Source of the DNA: Roseomonas sp.
Lineage (GTDB): Bacteria; Pseudomonadota; Alphaproteobacteria; Acetobacterales; Acetobacteraceae
Length of the DNA stretch: 64,000 bases
Direction: 5' to 3'
Assembly: GCA_041906015.1 (NCBI GenBank)
Contig: JAYRJZ010000001.1
Span: 58,150-122,149, forward strand
Shown here: positions 9,877-19,927 of the stretch, one piece after another
Layout: each line of letters begins with the position of its first letter
Numbering within the stretch: position 1 is the stretch's first letter
The notes under the pieces: generated by a model
What the model was told of the DNA's origin: nothing
Database searches by the model: none
What the model saw: only the letters and a program-made list of their open reading frames with translations
Made by a program: the position numbers and the translations under genes

Positions 9877-10770
9877 ATGAGCCTCTCACTCTCCGCCGGG
9901 GCGATCCCCGGTCCGCGCAAGGATCCGGAGGTCGCGGCCGCGCTCGGCCGGCACCGCAAGCGCATGGACTTTCTCATCCGCGCGCTGTGCGTGCTGGCGA
10001 TGCTGGTCAGCATCGGCTTCCTCATCTCAATCCTGCTGACACTGACGATCCGTGGCTTCGAGGCGATGTCGCTGAACGTCTTCACCCGCAGCACCGCCCC
10101 GCCGGGCTCGGAGGGCGGGCTGCTCAACGCCATCGTGGGCAGCCTGATCCAGGCGAGCCTCGGCACCGCGATCGGCACCCCGATCGGCATGCTGGTCGGC
10201 ACCTACCTCGCCGAGTATGCGCGCGGGTCGAAGTTCGGGAACCTGGTCCGCTTCGTGTCGGACATCCTGCTCTCCGCGCCCTCGATCCTGATCGGCCTCT
10301 TCGTCTACCAGCTTCTGGTGCTGCCCTTCGGCGGCTTCTCGGGCTGGGCGGGCATCGTTGCGCTCGCGATCATCGTCATCCCCGTGGTGGTGCGCACCAC
10401 CGAGGACATGCTGACCTTGATCCCGAACACCCTGCGCGAGGCGGTGATCGGCCTCGGCGCCCCCAAGTGGAAGATGATCGTCCTCATCTGCTGGAAGTCG
10501 GCGATCTCGGGCATCATCACCGGCATCCTGCTCGCGGTCGCCCGCGTGGCCGGCGAGACGGCGCCGCTGCTCTTCACCTCGCTCGGCAACAACACCTGGT
10601 CGATCGACCTGGGCAGGCCGATGGCGAGCCTGCCGGTGACCATCTACTCGATGGCCGGTTCGCCCTTCGAAGACTGGATCGCGCTGGCCTGGGCCGGTGC
10701 CCTGCTGATCACGCTCGGCGTGCTCGGCCTCAACGTCCTGGCGCGCACCCTGCTGCGCGACCGCAAGTGA
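9877..10770 (+). CDS. pstA: Phosphate ABC transporter permease
   Basis: PSILIGLF and [11 protein letters not shown] motifs; operon position. Confidence 0.96.
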   Translation: MSLSLSAGAIPGPRKDPEVAAALGRHRKRMDFLIRALCVLAMLVSIGFLISILLTLTIRGFEAMSLNVFTRSTAPPGSEGGLLNAIVGSLIQASLGTAIGTPIGMLVGTYLAEYARGSKFGNLVRFVSDILLSAPSILIGLFVYQLLVLPFGGFSGWAGIVALAIIVIPVVVRTTEDMLTLIPNTLREAVIGLGAPKWKMIVLICWKSAISGIITGILLAVARVAGETAPLLFTSLGNNTWSIDLGRPMASLPVTIYSMAGSPFEDWIALAWAGALLITLGVLGLNVLARTLLRDRK

Positions 10771-10787
10771 GCGGAAGGAACATTCCC

Positions 10788-11627
10788 ATGTCGAGCACGG
10801 CCGAAACCGGCACCACCGAAACCGGCAGCCAGAGCTTCGGCGGCGTCCAGGCACGCTCCGAGGTCGCGCTGAACCCCGCGCGGATCGCCATCCGGAACCT
10901 TGAGTTCTTCTACGGCGACAACCGCGCGCTGAAGGGCATCGACTTCAACATCCCCGACCGCCAGGTGACGGGCATGATCGGGCCGTCGGGCTGCGGCAAG
11001 TCCACCCTGCTGCGCGTGCTGAACCGCATGTACTCGCTCTATCCGGGCCAGCGCGCGACCGGCGAGGTCATGCTGGACGGCGAGAACATCATCGCGCCCG
11101 AAATGGACCTCAACACCCTGCGCGCGAAGGTCGGCATGGTGTTCCAGAAGCCGACGCCGTTCCCGATGACGATCTACGAGAACATCGCCTTCGGCATCCG
11201 CCTGCACGAGAAGCTGTCCCGCTCGCAGATGGATGAGCGCATCGAATGGGCGCTGACCCGTGCGGCGATCTGGGACGAGGTGAAGGACCGGCTGGATGCC
11301 TCCGCCCTCGGCCTGTCGGGCGGGCAGCAGCAACGCCTGTGCATCGCCCGCACCATCGCGGTGCGCCCCGAGGTCATCCTGTTCGACGAGCCGACCTCGG
11401 CCCTCGACCCGATCAGCACGCTGAAGATCGAGGAGCTGATCGACGAGCTGAAGCGCGACTTCACCATCGTGATCGTGACGCACAACATGCAGCAGGCGGC
11501 GCGCTGCGCCGATCAGGTGGCGTTCTTCTACCTCGGCGAGCTGATCGAGGTGGCGCCGGCGGCGCAGATGTTCACCGCGCCCAAGCACGCCAAGACCCAG
11601 GAATACATCACCGGCCGCTTCGGCTGA
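10788..11627 (+). CDS. pstB: Phosphate ABC transporter ATPase
   Basis: [34 protein letters not shown] and YITGRFG. Confidence 0.97.
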   Translation: MSSTAETGTTETGSQSFGGVQARSEVALNPARIAIRNLEFFYGDNRALKGIDFNIPDRQVTGMIGPSGCGKSTLLRVLNRMYSLYPGQRATGEVMLDGENIIAPEMDLNTLRAKVGMVFQKPTPFPMTIYENIAFGIRLHEKLSRSQMDERIEWALTRAAIWDEVKDRLDASALGLSGGQQQRLCIARTIAVRPEVILFDEPTSALDPISTLKIEELIDELKRDFTIVIVTHNMQQAARCADQVAFFYLGELIEVAPAAQMFTAPKHAKTQEYITGRFG

Positions 11628-11646
11628 GCGGCAGGAGGATACCGAC

Positions 11647-12363
11647 ATGCCCACAGAACACATCGTCCGCAGCTACGACGAGGATCTGCGCAAGCTGCGC
11701 GACATGACCGCCCGCATGGGTGGCCTGGCCGAACGCCAGGTGGCCGATGCCACCCGCGCCCTGGTGCGCCGCGATACCGAACTGGCGACCGAGGTTGTCC
11801 AGCGCGACGTGCAGATCGACGCGCTGGAACGCGAGATCGAGGCCTTCTGCGTGAAGCTGCTCGCGCTGCGTCAGCCCATGGCCGCCGACCTGCGCGTCAT
11901 CATCGCCGCCATGAAGGCATCGAACGACCTCGAGCGCATCGGCGACTACGCGGCGAATGGCGCGAAGCGGTCGATCGTCCTCGCCTCCCTGCCCTCGATC
12001 GGCAGCCTGAACGGCTTCGAGCGCATGGCGCATCTGGTGCAGGAAAACCTCAAGGCCGCGATGGACGCCTTCGTCAACAACGACGCCGAGGCCGCCCACC
12101 GCGTCTGGGAAGCGGACGAGCCGGTGGACGCCATCTACAACGGCATCTTCCGCGAGTTGCTGACCTTCATGATGGAAGACCCGCGCAACATCAGCGCGGC
12201 GACCCACATGCTGTTCATCGCGAAGAACCTCGAACGCATCGGCGACCACACCACCAACATCGCCGAGCGGATCTACTACGCCGTGCGCGGCGACAGCCTG
12301 CCCGAGGACCGCCCCAAGGCCGACCAGTCGGCCTTCGCGGTGGTCCGCCCGGCGGGCGAGTAA
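11647..12363 (+). CDS. phoU: Phosphate signalling protein PhoU
   Basis: RQPMAADLR and two LERIGD repeats. Confidence 0.97.
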   Translation: MPTEHIVRSYDEDLRKLRDMTARMGGLAERQVADATRALVRRDTELATEVVQRDVQIDALEREIEAFCVKLLALRQPMAADLRVIIAAMKASNDLERIGDYAANGAKRSIVLASLPSIGSLNGFERMAHLVQENLKAAMDAFVNNDAEAAHRVWEADEPVDAIYNGIFRELLTFMMEDPRNISAATHMLFIAKNLERIGDHTTNIAERIYYAVRGDSLPEDRPKADQSAFAVVRPAGE

Positions 12364-12381
12364 GAACCCAAGGGAGCGCCC

Positions 12382-13098
12382 ATGGCCGAGGCCTATTCCA
12401 CCCTCGCCAAGCCCACCATCCTGGTGGTCGAGGACGAGGCCCCGCTGATGACGCTGCTGCGCTACAACCTCGAGAAGCAGGGCTTCAAGGTCGAGGAAGC
12501 CGCCGATGGGCAGGAGGCGCTGCTGCGCGTCTCCGAACAGCGGCCGGATCTGGTCCTGCTCGACTGGATGCTGCCGGCCCTGTCCGGCATCGAGGTGTGC
12601 CGCCAGCTCCGCCGCCGGCCGAACACCCGCGACCTGCCGATCATCATGGTCACCGCGCGCACCGAGGACCAGGACGCCGTGCGGGCGCTCGATACCGGTG
12701 CGGACGACTACATCGCCAAGCCCTTCGTGATGGACTCGTTGCTCGCGCGCATCCGCGCGCTGCTGCGTCGTTCGGGGGGCGCCGCGACGAAGGGCACGCT
12801 GACCTATCGCGACCTGACGATGGATCAGGACGCGCATCGCGTCAGCCGCGACGGGCGCGCACTGCATCTCGGCCCGACGGAATACCGGCTGCTGGAATTC
12901 TTCCTGCAGCATCCGGGGCGGGTCTTCACGCGGGAGCAGTTGCTCGACGCAGTCTGGGGGCGCGACATCCACGTCGAACCACGCACCGTGGACGTGCACA
13001 TCCGCCGGCTGCGCAAGGCGATCAACGGATCGCATGAGGCGGACTTGATCCGCACGGTGCGGTCGGCCGGTTACGCGCTGGACGCAGAGGATCACTGA
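12382..13098 (+). CDS. phoB: Phosphate regulon response regulator PhoB
   Basis: Receiver domain LLDWMLP, LGPTEYRLL and RTVDVHIRRLRK; follows phoU. Confidence 0.96.
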   Translation: MAEAYSTLAKPTILVVEDEAPLMTLLRYNLEKQGFKVEEAADGQEALLRVSEQRPDLVLLDWMLPALSGIEVCRQLRRRPNTRDLPIIMVTARTEDQDAVRALDTGADDYIAKPFVMDSLLARIRALLRRSGGAATKGTLTYRDLTMDQDAHRVSRDGRALHLGPTEYRLLEFFLQHPGRVFTREQLLDAVWGRDIHVEPRTVDVHIRRLRKAINGSHEADLIRTVRSAGYALDAEDH

Positions 13099-13106
13099 AG
13101 GTGCCC

Positions 13107-13230
13107 TGGAGAGGGGCTTTGCCCCTCTCCAAACCTCACCCGACCAAAGGCCCAAGGCCTTTGGAAACCGTCACCTGACGCGGTGCGCGGGGGGCTTGCC
13201 GCCACCATGGATAGGTTCGGTGCGCAGCGG
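13107..13230 (+). repeat. REP-like two-hairpin unit plus conserved tail (copy A, no partner arm)
   Basis: TGGAGAGGGGC-TTT-GCCCCTCTCCA, C-rich linker, CCAAAGGCC-CAA-GGCCTTTGG-AAACC, then GTCACCTGACGCGGTGCGC. Lies between convergent genes. Confidence 0.85.
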
Positions 13231-13249
13231 CGAAGCTCTGCGATACGGG

Positions 13250-13693
13250 TCAGCCGGGCGGTGGCAGGAATTCGACTTCATATTCCGCGGCGATCCGCAC
13301 CACTTCCGCCGGATCCGCGACGTTGTGGATGCGCGTGAACAGCGTGAAAAGGTCCCGCGCCGGACTCACCCAGAACAACGCGCGAACCGGCGCGCCCGAC
13401 TTGTTGAAGATGCCGTGCATGATGCCCGCCGGCATGCGGATCAGGTCACCGGCCGTGGCGGTCATCGGCTGCCCGTCCAGCACCAGGTCGAAGCGGCCTT
13501 CCAGCACGCGGATGAACTCATCCTGCGTGGCATGGATATGCGGCGGCACGAAGGTGCCATCGGGGAACAACGTATCAAACGCGAAGCACGAATCGCCATG
13601 CGCGACCGGCTTGTAGGTCTGGCCCAGGATGTTCCAGGTGATGCCGTCCAGGCCCTCGCCGGCCTTGGTGACACCTGCGCTCAACACGGTCAT
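13250..13693 (-). CDS. Cupin domain protein
   Basis: VPPHIHATQDEF and MPAGIMHG cupin metal-binding motifs. Confidence 0.88.
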   Translation of the reverse strand: MTVLSAGVTKAGEGLDGITWNILGQTYKPVAHGDSCFAFDTLFPDGTFVPPHIHATQDEFIRVLEGRFDLVLDGQPMTATAGDLIRMPAGIMHGIFNKSGAPVRALFWVSPARDLFTLFTRIHNVADPAEVVRIAAEYEVEFLPPPG

Positions 13694-13704
13694 GCTCGCC
13701 TCCC

Positions 13705-14406
13705 TCAGACGTGAAGATAGGTGTCGCGCACTTCCGGCGCGGCGGAAAGGGCCTCGGAACTGCCCGTCCAGACCACCCGGCCCTTCTCGATCACCACATG
13801 CCGGTCTGCCAGCTTCAGGATCGCCGCCAGGTTCTTGTCGATCAGCAGGATGGCGAGCCCTTCGGCGCGCAGCCGCGCCAGCACCGCCCAGATCTCGGCG
13901 CGGATGATCGGTGCGAGGCCTTCCGTCGCCTCGTCCAGGATCAGCAGCTTCGGATTGGTCATCAGCGCGCGACCGATGGCGAGCATCTGCTGCTCACCCC
14001 CCGACAGGCGCGAGCCGAGGTTGCGCCGCCGTTCCGCGAGGCGCGGGAACAGCGCCAGCGTCGCCTCCAGCGTCCAGCGCGGCGCACCGCCCGAACGGTT
14101 CGCGGCGGTGGCGACCAGATTCTCCTCGACCGTCAGGGTCGGGAAGATCTGCCGGCCTTCCGGTACCAGGCCGATGCCGCGCTGGGCGATGCGGTGCGGC
14201 TTCGCACCGGTGACGTCCACGCCCTCGATGGCGACGCGCCCGCCCTGCGGGGCGATCAGCCCCATCACCGCCCGCACCGTCGTCGTCTTGCCCATGCCAT
14301 TCCGGCCGAGCAGCGTGACCACCTCCCCCGCCCCGATCGCGAAGGAAACGCCGTGCAGCACGCGGCTTTCGCCATAGCCGGCGACAAGATCGGACACGGC
14401 GAGCAT
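13705..14406 (-). CDS. Liv-type ABC transporter ATPase (LivF-like)
   Basis: GRNGMGKTT, LVPEGRQIF and LSGGEQQML. Confidence 0.93.
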   Translation of the reverse strand: MLAVSDLVAGYGESRVLHGVSFAIGAGEVVTLLGRNGMGKTTTVRAVMGLIAPQGGRVAIEGVDVTGAKPHRIAQRGIGLVPEGRQIFPTLTVEENLVATAANRSGGAPRWTLEATLALFPRLAERRRNLGSRLSGGEQQMLAIGRALMTNPKLLILDEATEGLAPIIRAEIWAVLARLRAEGLAILLIDKNLAAILKLADRHVVIEKGRVVWTGSSEALSAAPEVRDTYLHV

Positions 14407-15158
14407 CACGCCTCGTCCTCGCCGAGATAGGCCGCGCGCACCTCGGGGTTGGCGCGGATCTCCGCCACGCTACCGGTCGCGATCACGCGGCCATAGACGA
14501 GCACCGAGATACGATCGGCCAGGGCGAAGACCGCCTGCATGTCGTGCTCCACGAGCAGGATCGTGTAACGCGCCTTCAGTCGCGTCAGCAGGACGACCAG
14601 GCGTTCCGTCTCCTCCGGCCCCGCCCCGGCGAGCGGTTCGTCCAGCAGCAGCAGGCGCGGCTGCGTCGCGAGCGCGATCGCGACTTCAAGCGCGCGCTTC
14701 TCGCCGTGGGACAGGCTGCCTGCGGGCACCGCGGCACGCTCCGCGAGGCCGACCTCGGTCAGGGCCGCCATCGCGGTGTCGTTCAGCGCGCGTTCGGACG
14801 CGGCCGGGCGAAGGAAGCGGAAGGAGGAACCGGCGCGCGCCTGGGCGGCGAGCGCGACATTCTCCCGTGCAGTGAATCCCGCGACGACGCTGGTGATCTG
14901 GAAGGTCCGCGCCAGCCCGGCGCGCGCGCGGCGCGGCAGCGACAGCCGCGTCACGTCGCGCCCGTCGAACAGCACGCGGCCGGAATCCGGCGGGACGACG
15001 CCGGTCATCTGGTGGATCAGCGTCGTCTTGCCCGCGCCATTGGGGCCGATGATGGCGTGGATCTCGCCGGCCGCGACATCGAGCGTCACGCCATCCGTCA
15101 CGGCGAGGCCGCCGTAATGCTTGCGCAGATCGATCAGGCGCAGCAGCGGCTCAGCCAT
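14406..15158 (-). CDS. Liv-type ABC transporter ATPase (LivG-like)
   Basis: GPNGAGKTT, LARTFQ and C-terminal VRAAYLG. Confidence 0.93.
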   Translation of the reverse strand: MAEPLLRLIDLRKHYGGLAVTDGVTLDVAAGEIHAIIGPNGAGKTTLIHQMTGVVPPDSGRVLFDGRDVTRLSLPRRARAGLARTFQITSVVAGFTARENVALAAQARAGSSFRFLRPAASERALNDTAMAALTEVGLAERAAVPAGSLSHGEKRALEVAIALATQPRLLLLDEPLAGAGPEETERLVVLLTRLKARYTILLVEHDMQAVFALADRISVLVYGRVIATGSVAEIRANPEVRAAYLGEDEA

Positions 15159-16074
15159 GGCGCGGCGTCACCAGACCGGCGATCCCGCCACGCAGCGCGA
15201 TGACCGCGACCACCAGCAGCGGGCCGAAGATCATCTTCCAGTGCGGGGTGATCTCGGCGAGCCACGTCTCCAGCCCGACGAAGACCAGCGCGCCCAGCAT
15301 CGCGCCCCACAGAGGCCCGACGCCGCCCAGGATGACCATGAACAGCAGTTCACCCGAACGCTGCCAGGACAGCATGGCGGGGGAGACGAACTCCGTCGCG
15401 TTCGCGAGCAACAGGCCCGCCACCCCGCCCATCGCGCCGGCGATGACATACCCCACCAGCCGATACGGATAGGGCGCGAATCCCACTGCCTCCACGCGCT
15501 GCGGGTTCTCGCGCGCCGCGCGCAGCACACGGCCGAAGCGGGAGGCAAGCAGCATCGCCGCCACCGCCCATGTGGCTGCCAGAAGCCCCAGGCAAAGGTA
15601 ATGGAAGGCCTGACGGTTCTCGAGCAGCCGCGTGCCGAGCAGTTCCGTGCGGGCATACAGCGTGTAGCCGTCATCCCCGCCATAGGCCGAGAGCGAGGAC
15701 GCCGTGAAGAACGCCATCTGCCCGAAGGCGAGGGTGATCATGATGAAGTGCACGCCGGCGGTGCGGATGGCGATGGCCCCGGTGAGCAGGGAGAACAGCG
15801 CCGCCGCCGCGATGGCAACGGGCAGCACCTGCACCGCATCGGTGATGCCATGCGCATCGAGGATCGCGACCGTATAGGCCCCGACGCCCACCGAGGCCGC
15901 GTGCCCCAGGCTGACCAGCCCCGCCCCGCCGACCAGGAAGGAGAGCGACACCGCGGCCATGGCGAGGATCATCGCCCGGGCCATCAGCGTCATCTCATAG
16001 GATGCCGAGAAGCCCACCAGCGGCGCGAGGCCGAGCGCGGCCAGCACCAGCAGCGGCAGCCAGGCCCCGCGCAT
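15151..16074 (-). CDS. Liv-type ABC transporter permease (LivM-like)
   Basis: GLVSLGHA, FIMITLAF, SRFGRVLRA and MVILGG motifs. Confidence 0.9.
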   Translation of the reverse strand: MRGAWLPLLVLAALGLAPLVGFSASYEMTLMARAMILAMAAVSLSFLVGGAGLVSLGHAASVGVGAYTVAILDAHGITDAVQVLPVAIAAAALFSLLTGAIAIRTAGVHFIMITLAFGQMAFFTASSLSAYGGDDGYTLYARTELLGTRLLENRQAFHYLCLGLLAATWAVAAMLLASRFGRVLRAARENPQRVEAVGFAPYPYRLVGYVIAGAMGGVAGLLLANATEFVSPAMLSWQRSGELLFMVILGGVGPLWGAMLGALVFVGLETWLAEITPHWKMIFGPLLVVAVIALRGGIAGLVTPRHG

Positions 16075-16994
16075 CAGGCCCGGACCGGGAACAGCCCGGC
16101 GGGCCGGAAGGCGAGGATCGCCGCCATGGCGATGTATACCAGCATCGAGGCCAGCGCCGCGCCCGTCTGCCGCGCGGCGGAGGCATCGAGGAACAGCCGC
16201 ATCAGGTCCGGCATCAGCGACTTGCCGAGCGTGTCGATCAGCCCGACCAGCAGTGCCGCGATGAAGGCCCCGCGGATCGACCCGATCCCGCCGATCACGA
16301 TCACCACGAAGGCGAGGATCAGCACATTGTCGCCCATCCCTGGCTCGACCGAGAAGATCGGTCCGGCCAGCACGCCCGCGAAACCCGCGAGCATCGCACC
16401 GAAAGCGAAGACCAGGGTGAAGAGCCGCCCGATATCGACGCCGAGCGCCGAGACCATCGCCGCATTGCTGGCCCCGGCACGAACCAGCATCCCCGCGCGC
16501 GTGCGATCCACCAGCCACCACAGCAGCCCCGCCGTCGCGATGCCCGCGACCAGAACGGCGATGCGGTAGAGCGGGTACTGCAGCCCCGCCATGATGGTCA
16601 CGCCGCCGTCCAGCAGCTCGGGCACGGGCACCTGCAGCGGCGCCGCGCCCCACACCAGCTTCACGCCCTCATTGAGGAACAGGATCACGCCGAAGGTCGC
16701 GAGCACCTGTGCCAGATGGTCCCGCGCATAGAGGTGCCGGAACACCAGCACTTCCAGCACCAGCCCCGCGACAAGGGCCGCGGGCAGCGCCAGCACCAGC
16801 CCCCACCAGAAGGACCCCGTCGCGGCGGCCAGCGCGGCACCGAAATACGCCCCCAGCATGTACTGCACGCCATGGGCGAGGTTGATGAAGTCCATCACCC
16901 CGAACACCAGCGTCAGCCCCGCCGCGACCAGGAAGAGCAGGATGCCCAGTTGCAGGCCGTTCAGGGCCTGCACCAGCAGCAGTTGGGTGGTCAC
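16074..16994 (-). CDS. Liv-type ABC transporter permease (LivH-like)
   Basis: GLTLVFGVMDFINLAHG and FVVIVIGGIGS. GTG start. Confidence 0.92.
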   Translation of the reverse strand: MTTQLLLVQALNGLQLGILLFLVAAGLTLVFGVMDFINLAHGVQYMLGAYFGAALAAATGSFWWGLVLALPAALVAGLVLEVLVFRHLYARDHLAQVLATFGVILFLNEGVKLVWGAAPLQVPVPELLDGGVTIMAGLQYPLYRIAVLVAGIATAGLLWWLVDRTRAGMLVRAGASNAAMVSALGVDIGRLFTLVFAFGAMLAGFAGVLAGPIFSVEPGMGDNVLILAFVVIVIGGIGSIRGAFIAALLVGLIDTLGKSLMPDLMRLFLDASAARQTGAALASMLVYIAMAAILAFRPAGLFPVRA

Positions 16995-17103
16995 GCCTCG
17001 CTCCCGACATGCATGCGCACGCCAGGCTCTGCCATGGCCAGGCGCGCGGCCGCCTCGCCAGCCCCGCGCGCACGGCCTGTCGCGCCGCGTTGCGCGACAG
17101 GCA

Positions 17104-18285
17104 TCAGCGCATGCGGCATTCGGCTGCGTAGGGATCGACGGCGTTGGTGAAGACCTTGCGCTCCGTCTGGGTTTCCAGCTTGCCGTCGGCACGGCGGCCG
17201 ACCTTGAGCAGCCAGAAATCCTGCACCGGGTAGTGATTCACGCCGAAGGAGAACGGCCCGCGCACCGAGCGGAAATCCGCCGCCTTGATCGCCGCGCGCA
17301 GCGCATCCTTGCCGGCGAGGTTGCCATTCACCTTGCGGATCGCGGAATCGAGCAGCATCGCCGCGTCATAGGCCTGCGCAGCATAGGTCGCCGGCACGGC
17401 GTTCTGCGTCGCGATGTAGTCCGCGACGAAGCGGTTGTTCTGCGGATTGTCCATGTTCGGCGCCCAGGAGGCCGCCGAGTAGAAGCCGAGCGCCGCATCG
17501 CCCTGCGCGGGCAGCGTCGCCTCATCCACCGTGAAGGTCGACAGGAAGGGGATGTTGGCGAGCCCGGCCTGGCGATACTGCCGCACCAGGTTCACCCCGA
17601 GCCCGCCCGGCATGAAGGTGAAGATCGCATCGGGCTTCGCCGCGGCGATCTTCGCGAGCTCGGCCGAGAAATCGAGCTGGGTCAGCGGGACATAGACCTC
17701 GTCCACCACCTCCCCGCGGAACTTCGACTTGAAGCCCGCCACGGCGTCGCGGCCCGCCTGGTAGTTCGGCACCATGACGAAGACGCGGCGATAGCCCGCA
17801 TCCTGCGCCGCCTGGCCCATCACCGAATGGACCTGGTCGTTGTTGTAGGAGGTGGTGAAGAAGTTCGGGTTGCAGCCGCGCCCGGCAAAGGTGGACGGGC
17901 CAGCGTTGGTGCTGATCAGGAAGGTGCCGCTCTCGGTGACCGGGCGGATGATCGCCTGCAAGATGTTCGAGAAGACGACGCCGACGACGAAGTCCACCTT
18001 GTCGCGCTCGAGCGCCGCGCGGACCTTGGTCACGGCGACATCGGGCTTCAGCTCGTCGTCGATCAGCACCGTCTCGGCCGTCAGCCCGCCGAGCTTGCCG
18101 TCGAGATGCTTCAGCCCCAGCGCGAAGCCTTCCTTCAACTGGTTGCCCAACGCCGCCTGCGGCCCGGTCTGCACGGCGACGACGCCGATCTTCACCCCGC
18201 CCGCGGGCTGCGCATGCAGGATGGCGGGCGCGGCCAGCAAAGCCGTCGTGCCGCCCAGAAGCCCGCGCCGTCCGATCCCGACCAT
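17104..18285 (-). CDS. Liv-type ABC substrate-binding protein (aromatic-acid-binding group)
   Basis: Tat-like RRGLL signal; DDELKPD, GVVFSN, NAGPS and PNYQAG motifs. Confidence 0.9.
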   Translation of the reverse strand: MVGIGRRGLLGGTTALLAAPAILHAQPAGGVKIGVVAVQTGPQAALGNQLKEGFALGLKHLDGKLGGLTAETVLIDDELKPDVAVTKVRAALERDKVDFVVGVVFSNILQAIIRPVTESGTFLISTNAGPSTFAGRGCNPNFFTTSYNNDQVHSVMGQAAQDAGYRRVFVMVPNYQAGRDAVAGFKSKFRGEVVDEVYVPLTQLDFSAELAKIAAAKPDAIFTFMPGGLGVNLVRQYRQAGLANIPFLSTFTVDEATLPAQGDAALGFYSAASWAPNMDNPQNNRFVADYIATQNAVPATYAAQAYDAAMLLDSAIRKVNGNLAGKDALRAAIKAADFRSVRGPFSFGVNHYPVQDFWLLKVGRRADGKLETQTERKVFTNAVDPYAAECRMR

Positions 18286-18322
18286 GGAAGTCCCCCTGCG
18301 ATTGCCCGGTGTCACATCCCTG

Positions 18323-18368
18323 TTAGAGCAGTTCCCGCCCGGCTGGAAACACCCGGGCCGGCGAATGT
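18323..18368 (+). repeat. TAGAGC-type palindromic element (partial)
   Basis: TTAGAGCAGTTCCCGCCCGG-CTGGAAACAC-CCGGGCCGG resembles the arm at 22560-22596. Confidence 0.5.
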
Positions 18369-18383
18369 CCCCGATCCCCGGGG

Positions 18384-19193
18384 TCAGGCCGGCGCCAGCC
18401 GCCCCGCCATGTCCGCGGCGAAGGACACCAGCGCATGATCCGGATCGGAGAACGGCGCGAGCACGGTGAAGTGGTTCGCCCCGGGCAGTTCTTCCGCGGT
18501 GCCGCGCCAGGCGGCGGCGAAGGCATGGGTCTGGCGGATGAACTCGCTGCTCTCGGCGCCGCCCACCACGGCGTGCATCTCGCCCGGTACGGGCGGCAGG
18601 AAGCGGGGGGACAGCGCATGCGCCTCCGCCGGCGTCAGGTTCAGCCCGCGCCCGATGCTGGTGCCGAGCAGCGGTTCCAGCTCGAACACGCCCGAAACCG
18701 GCAGCGCGGCCCCGACCAACCGCTTCGGCAGGGCCGGGTCGATCGCCGTCCAATCGGTCGCCATCAGCATCGCCGCGAGTTGCCCGCCCGCCGAATGCCC
18801 CGCCACCAACAGCCGCTGGCCGGTGCGCCGGTGCAACGCGACGCAGGCCGCGCGCATCTGCTCCACGATCCGCCGCAGCGGGACGGAAGGGCAAAGGTCG
18901 TAGGAGGGCACCGCGACGCTCACGCCGCGCAGGACCAGCCCCCGCGCCCAATGGCTGCCGAAGGACTTGTCCAGCGCCTGCCAGTAGCCGCCATGGATGA
19001 ACATCGCGACCGGGCCGGGCTGTTCGGCTTCGAACAGGTCGAAGCGTTCCCGCGCGCCCTCTCCATAGGCGATGTCCAGCGTCCTGCGCGCCCAGGCTGT
19101 ACGGAAGGCTTCCGCCTCGCGTGCCCAGCCCGCGATGATCGCCGCGCTGTCCGGCACCCGGGCGCGGTTATTGTATTCAGCTTCGAGGTCCAT
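18384..19193 (-). CDS. Alpha/beta hydrolase (arylformamidase/kynurenine formamidase-like)
   Basis: YNNRARVP, FIHGGYWQ, GHSAGG and NHF motifs. Confidence 0.88.
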   Translation of the reverse strand: MDLEAEYNNRARVPDSAAIIAGWAREAEAFRTAWARRTLDIAYGEGARERFDLFEAEQPGPVAMFIHGGYWQALDKSFGSHWARGLVLRGVSVAVPSYDLCPSVPLRRIVEQMRAACVALHRRTGQRLLVAGHSAGGQLAAMLMATDWTAIDPALPKRLVGAALPVSGVFELEPLLGTSIGRGLNLTPAEAHALSPRFLPPVPGEMHAVVGGAESSEFIRQTHAFAAAWRGTAEELPGANHFTVLAPFSDPDHALVSFAADMAGRLAPA

Positions 19194-19243
19194 GACGGCA
19201 TTGCGCATGGCGCGCCGGCTTCCGGCAAGGCAGGATCGGCGGC

Positions 19244-19843
19244 ATGCGCGTCTATCTCGCCGGCCCCGAAGTCTTCCTTCCCGACGCGCTCGAAATCGCG
19301 GCGGCGAAGAAGCGCATCTGCGCCGCCCACGGGCTGGAGGGCGTCTTCCCCTTCGACACCCCGCCCCAGGTGCCGCCGGCCGAGCGGCCCTATTGGATGC
19401 GGATCTACCTGGGGAACGAAGCGCATATCCGATCCTGCGGCGCGCTGATCGCGAATCTGACGCCCTTCCGCGGCCCGTCGGCCGATGCGGGAACGGTCTA
19501 TGAGCTCGGCTTCATGAAGGCGCTCGGCCGGCCGGTGATGGGGTATTCCAACGCGGCGGCGGCCTTCCTCGACCGCACGCGCGCCTTCCTTGGGCCCGAG
19601 GCGCGCGCCCGCGCGGATGGCGGGTGGGAGGACGCGGAGGCCATGGGCCTCGAGGATTTCGGCCTGGCGGACAACCTGATGATCGATGGCGGTATCGAAG
19701 CGGCGGGCGGCCACTTCGTGCGAATCGAGGCGGCGGACGGCCGGCGCTGGCACGACCTCAGGGCCTTCGAGGCCTGCTGCGCGCGCCTCGCGGCCGGCGC
19801 GGATCGCGCCGCCGCGCCGGACCTCAGGCCGCCCGCTGCCTGA
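19244..19843 (+). CDS. Nucleoside 2-deoxyribosyltransferase family protein
   Basis: VYLAGPEVF, D.GTVYELGF and DNLMI motifs. Confidence 0.88.
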   Translation: MRVYLAGPEVFLPDALEIAAAKKRICAAHGLEGVFPFDTPPQVPPAERPYWMRIYLGNEAHIRSCGALIANLTPFRGPSADAGTVYELGFMKALGRPVMGYSNAAAAFLDRTRAFLGPEARARADGGWEDAEAMGLEDFGLADNLMIDGGIEAAGGHFVRIEAADGRRWHDLRAFEACCARLAAGADRAAAPDLRPPAA

Positions 19844-19927
19844 CGCGCCGACCCGCCGTAAGGCGGGCGCGCAGGCCGCCAAAAGGGAAGGCCCACCGGG
19901 CCTGACCGCCCGGCGTGCCGCTCCCCA

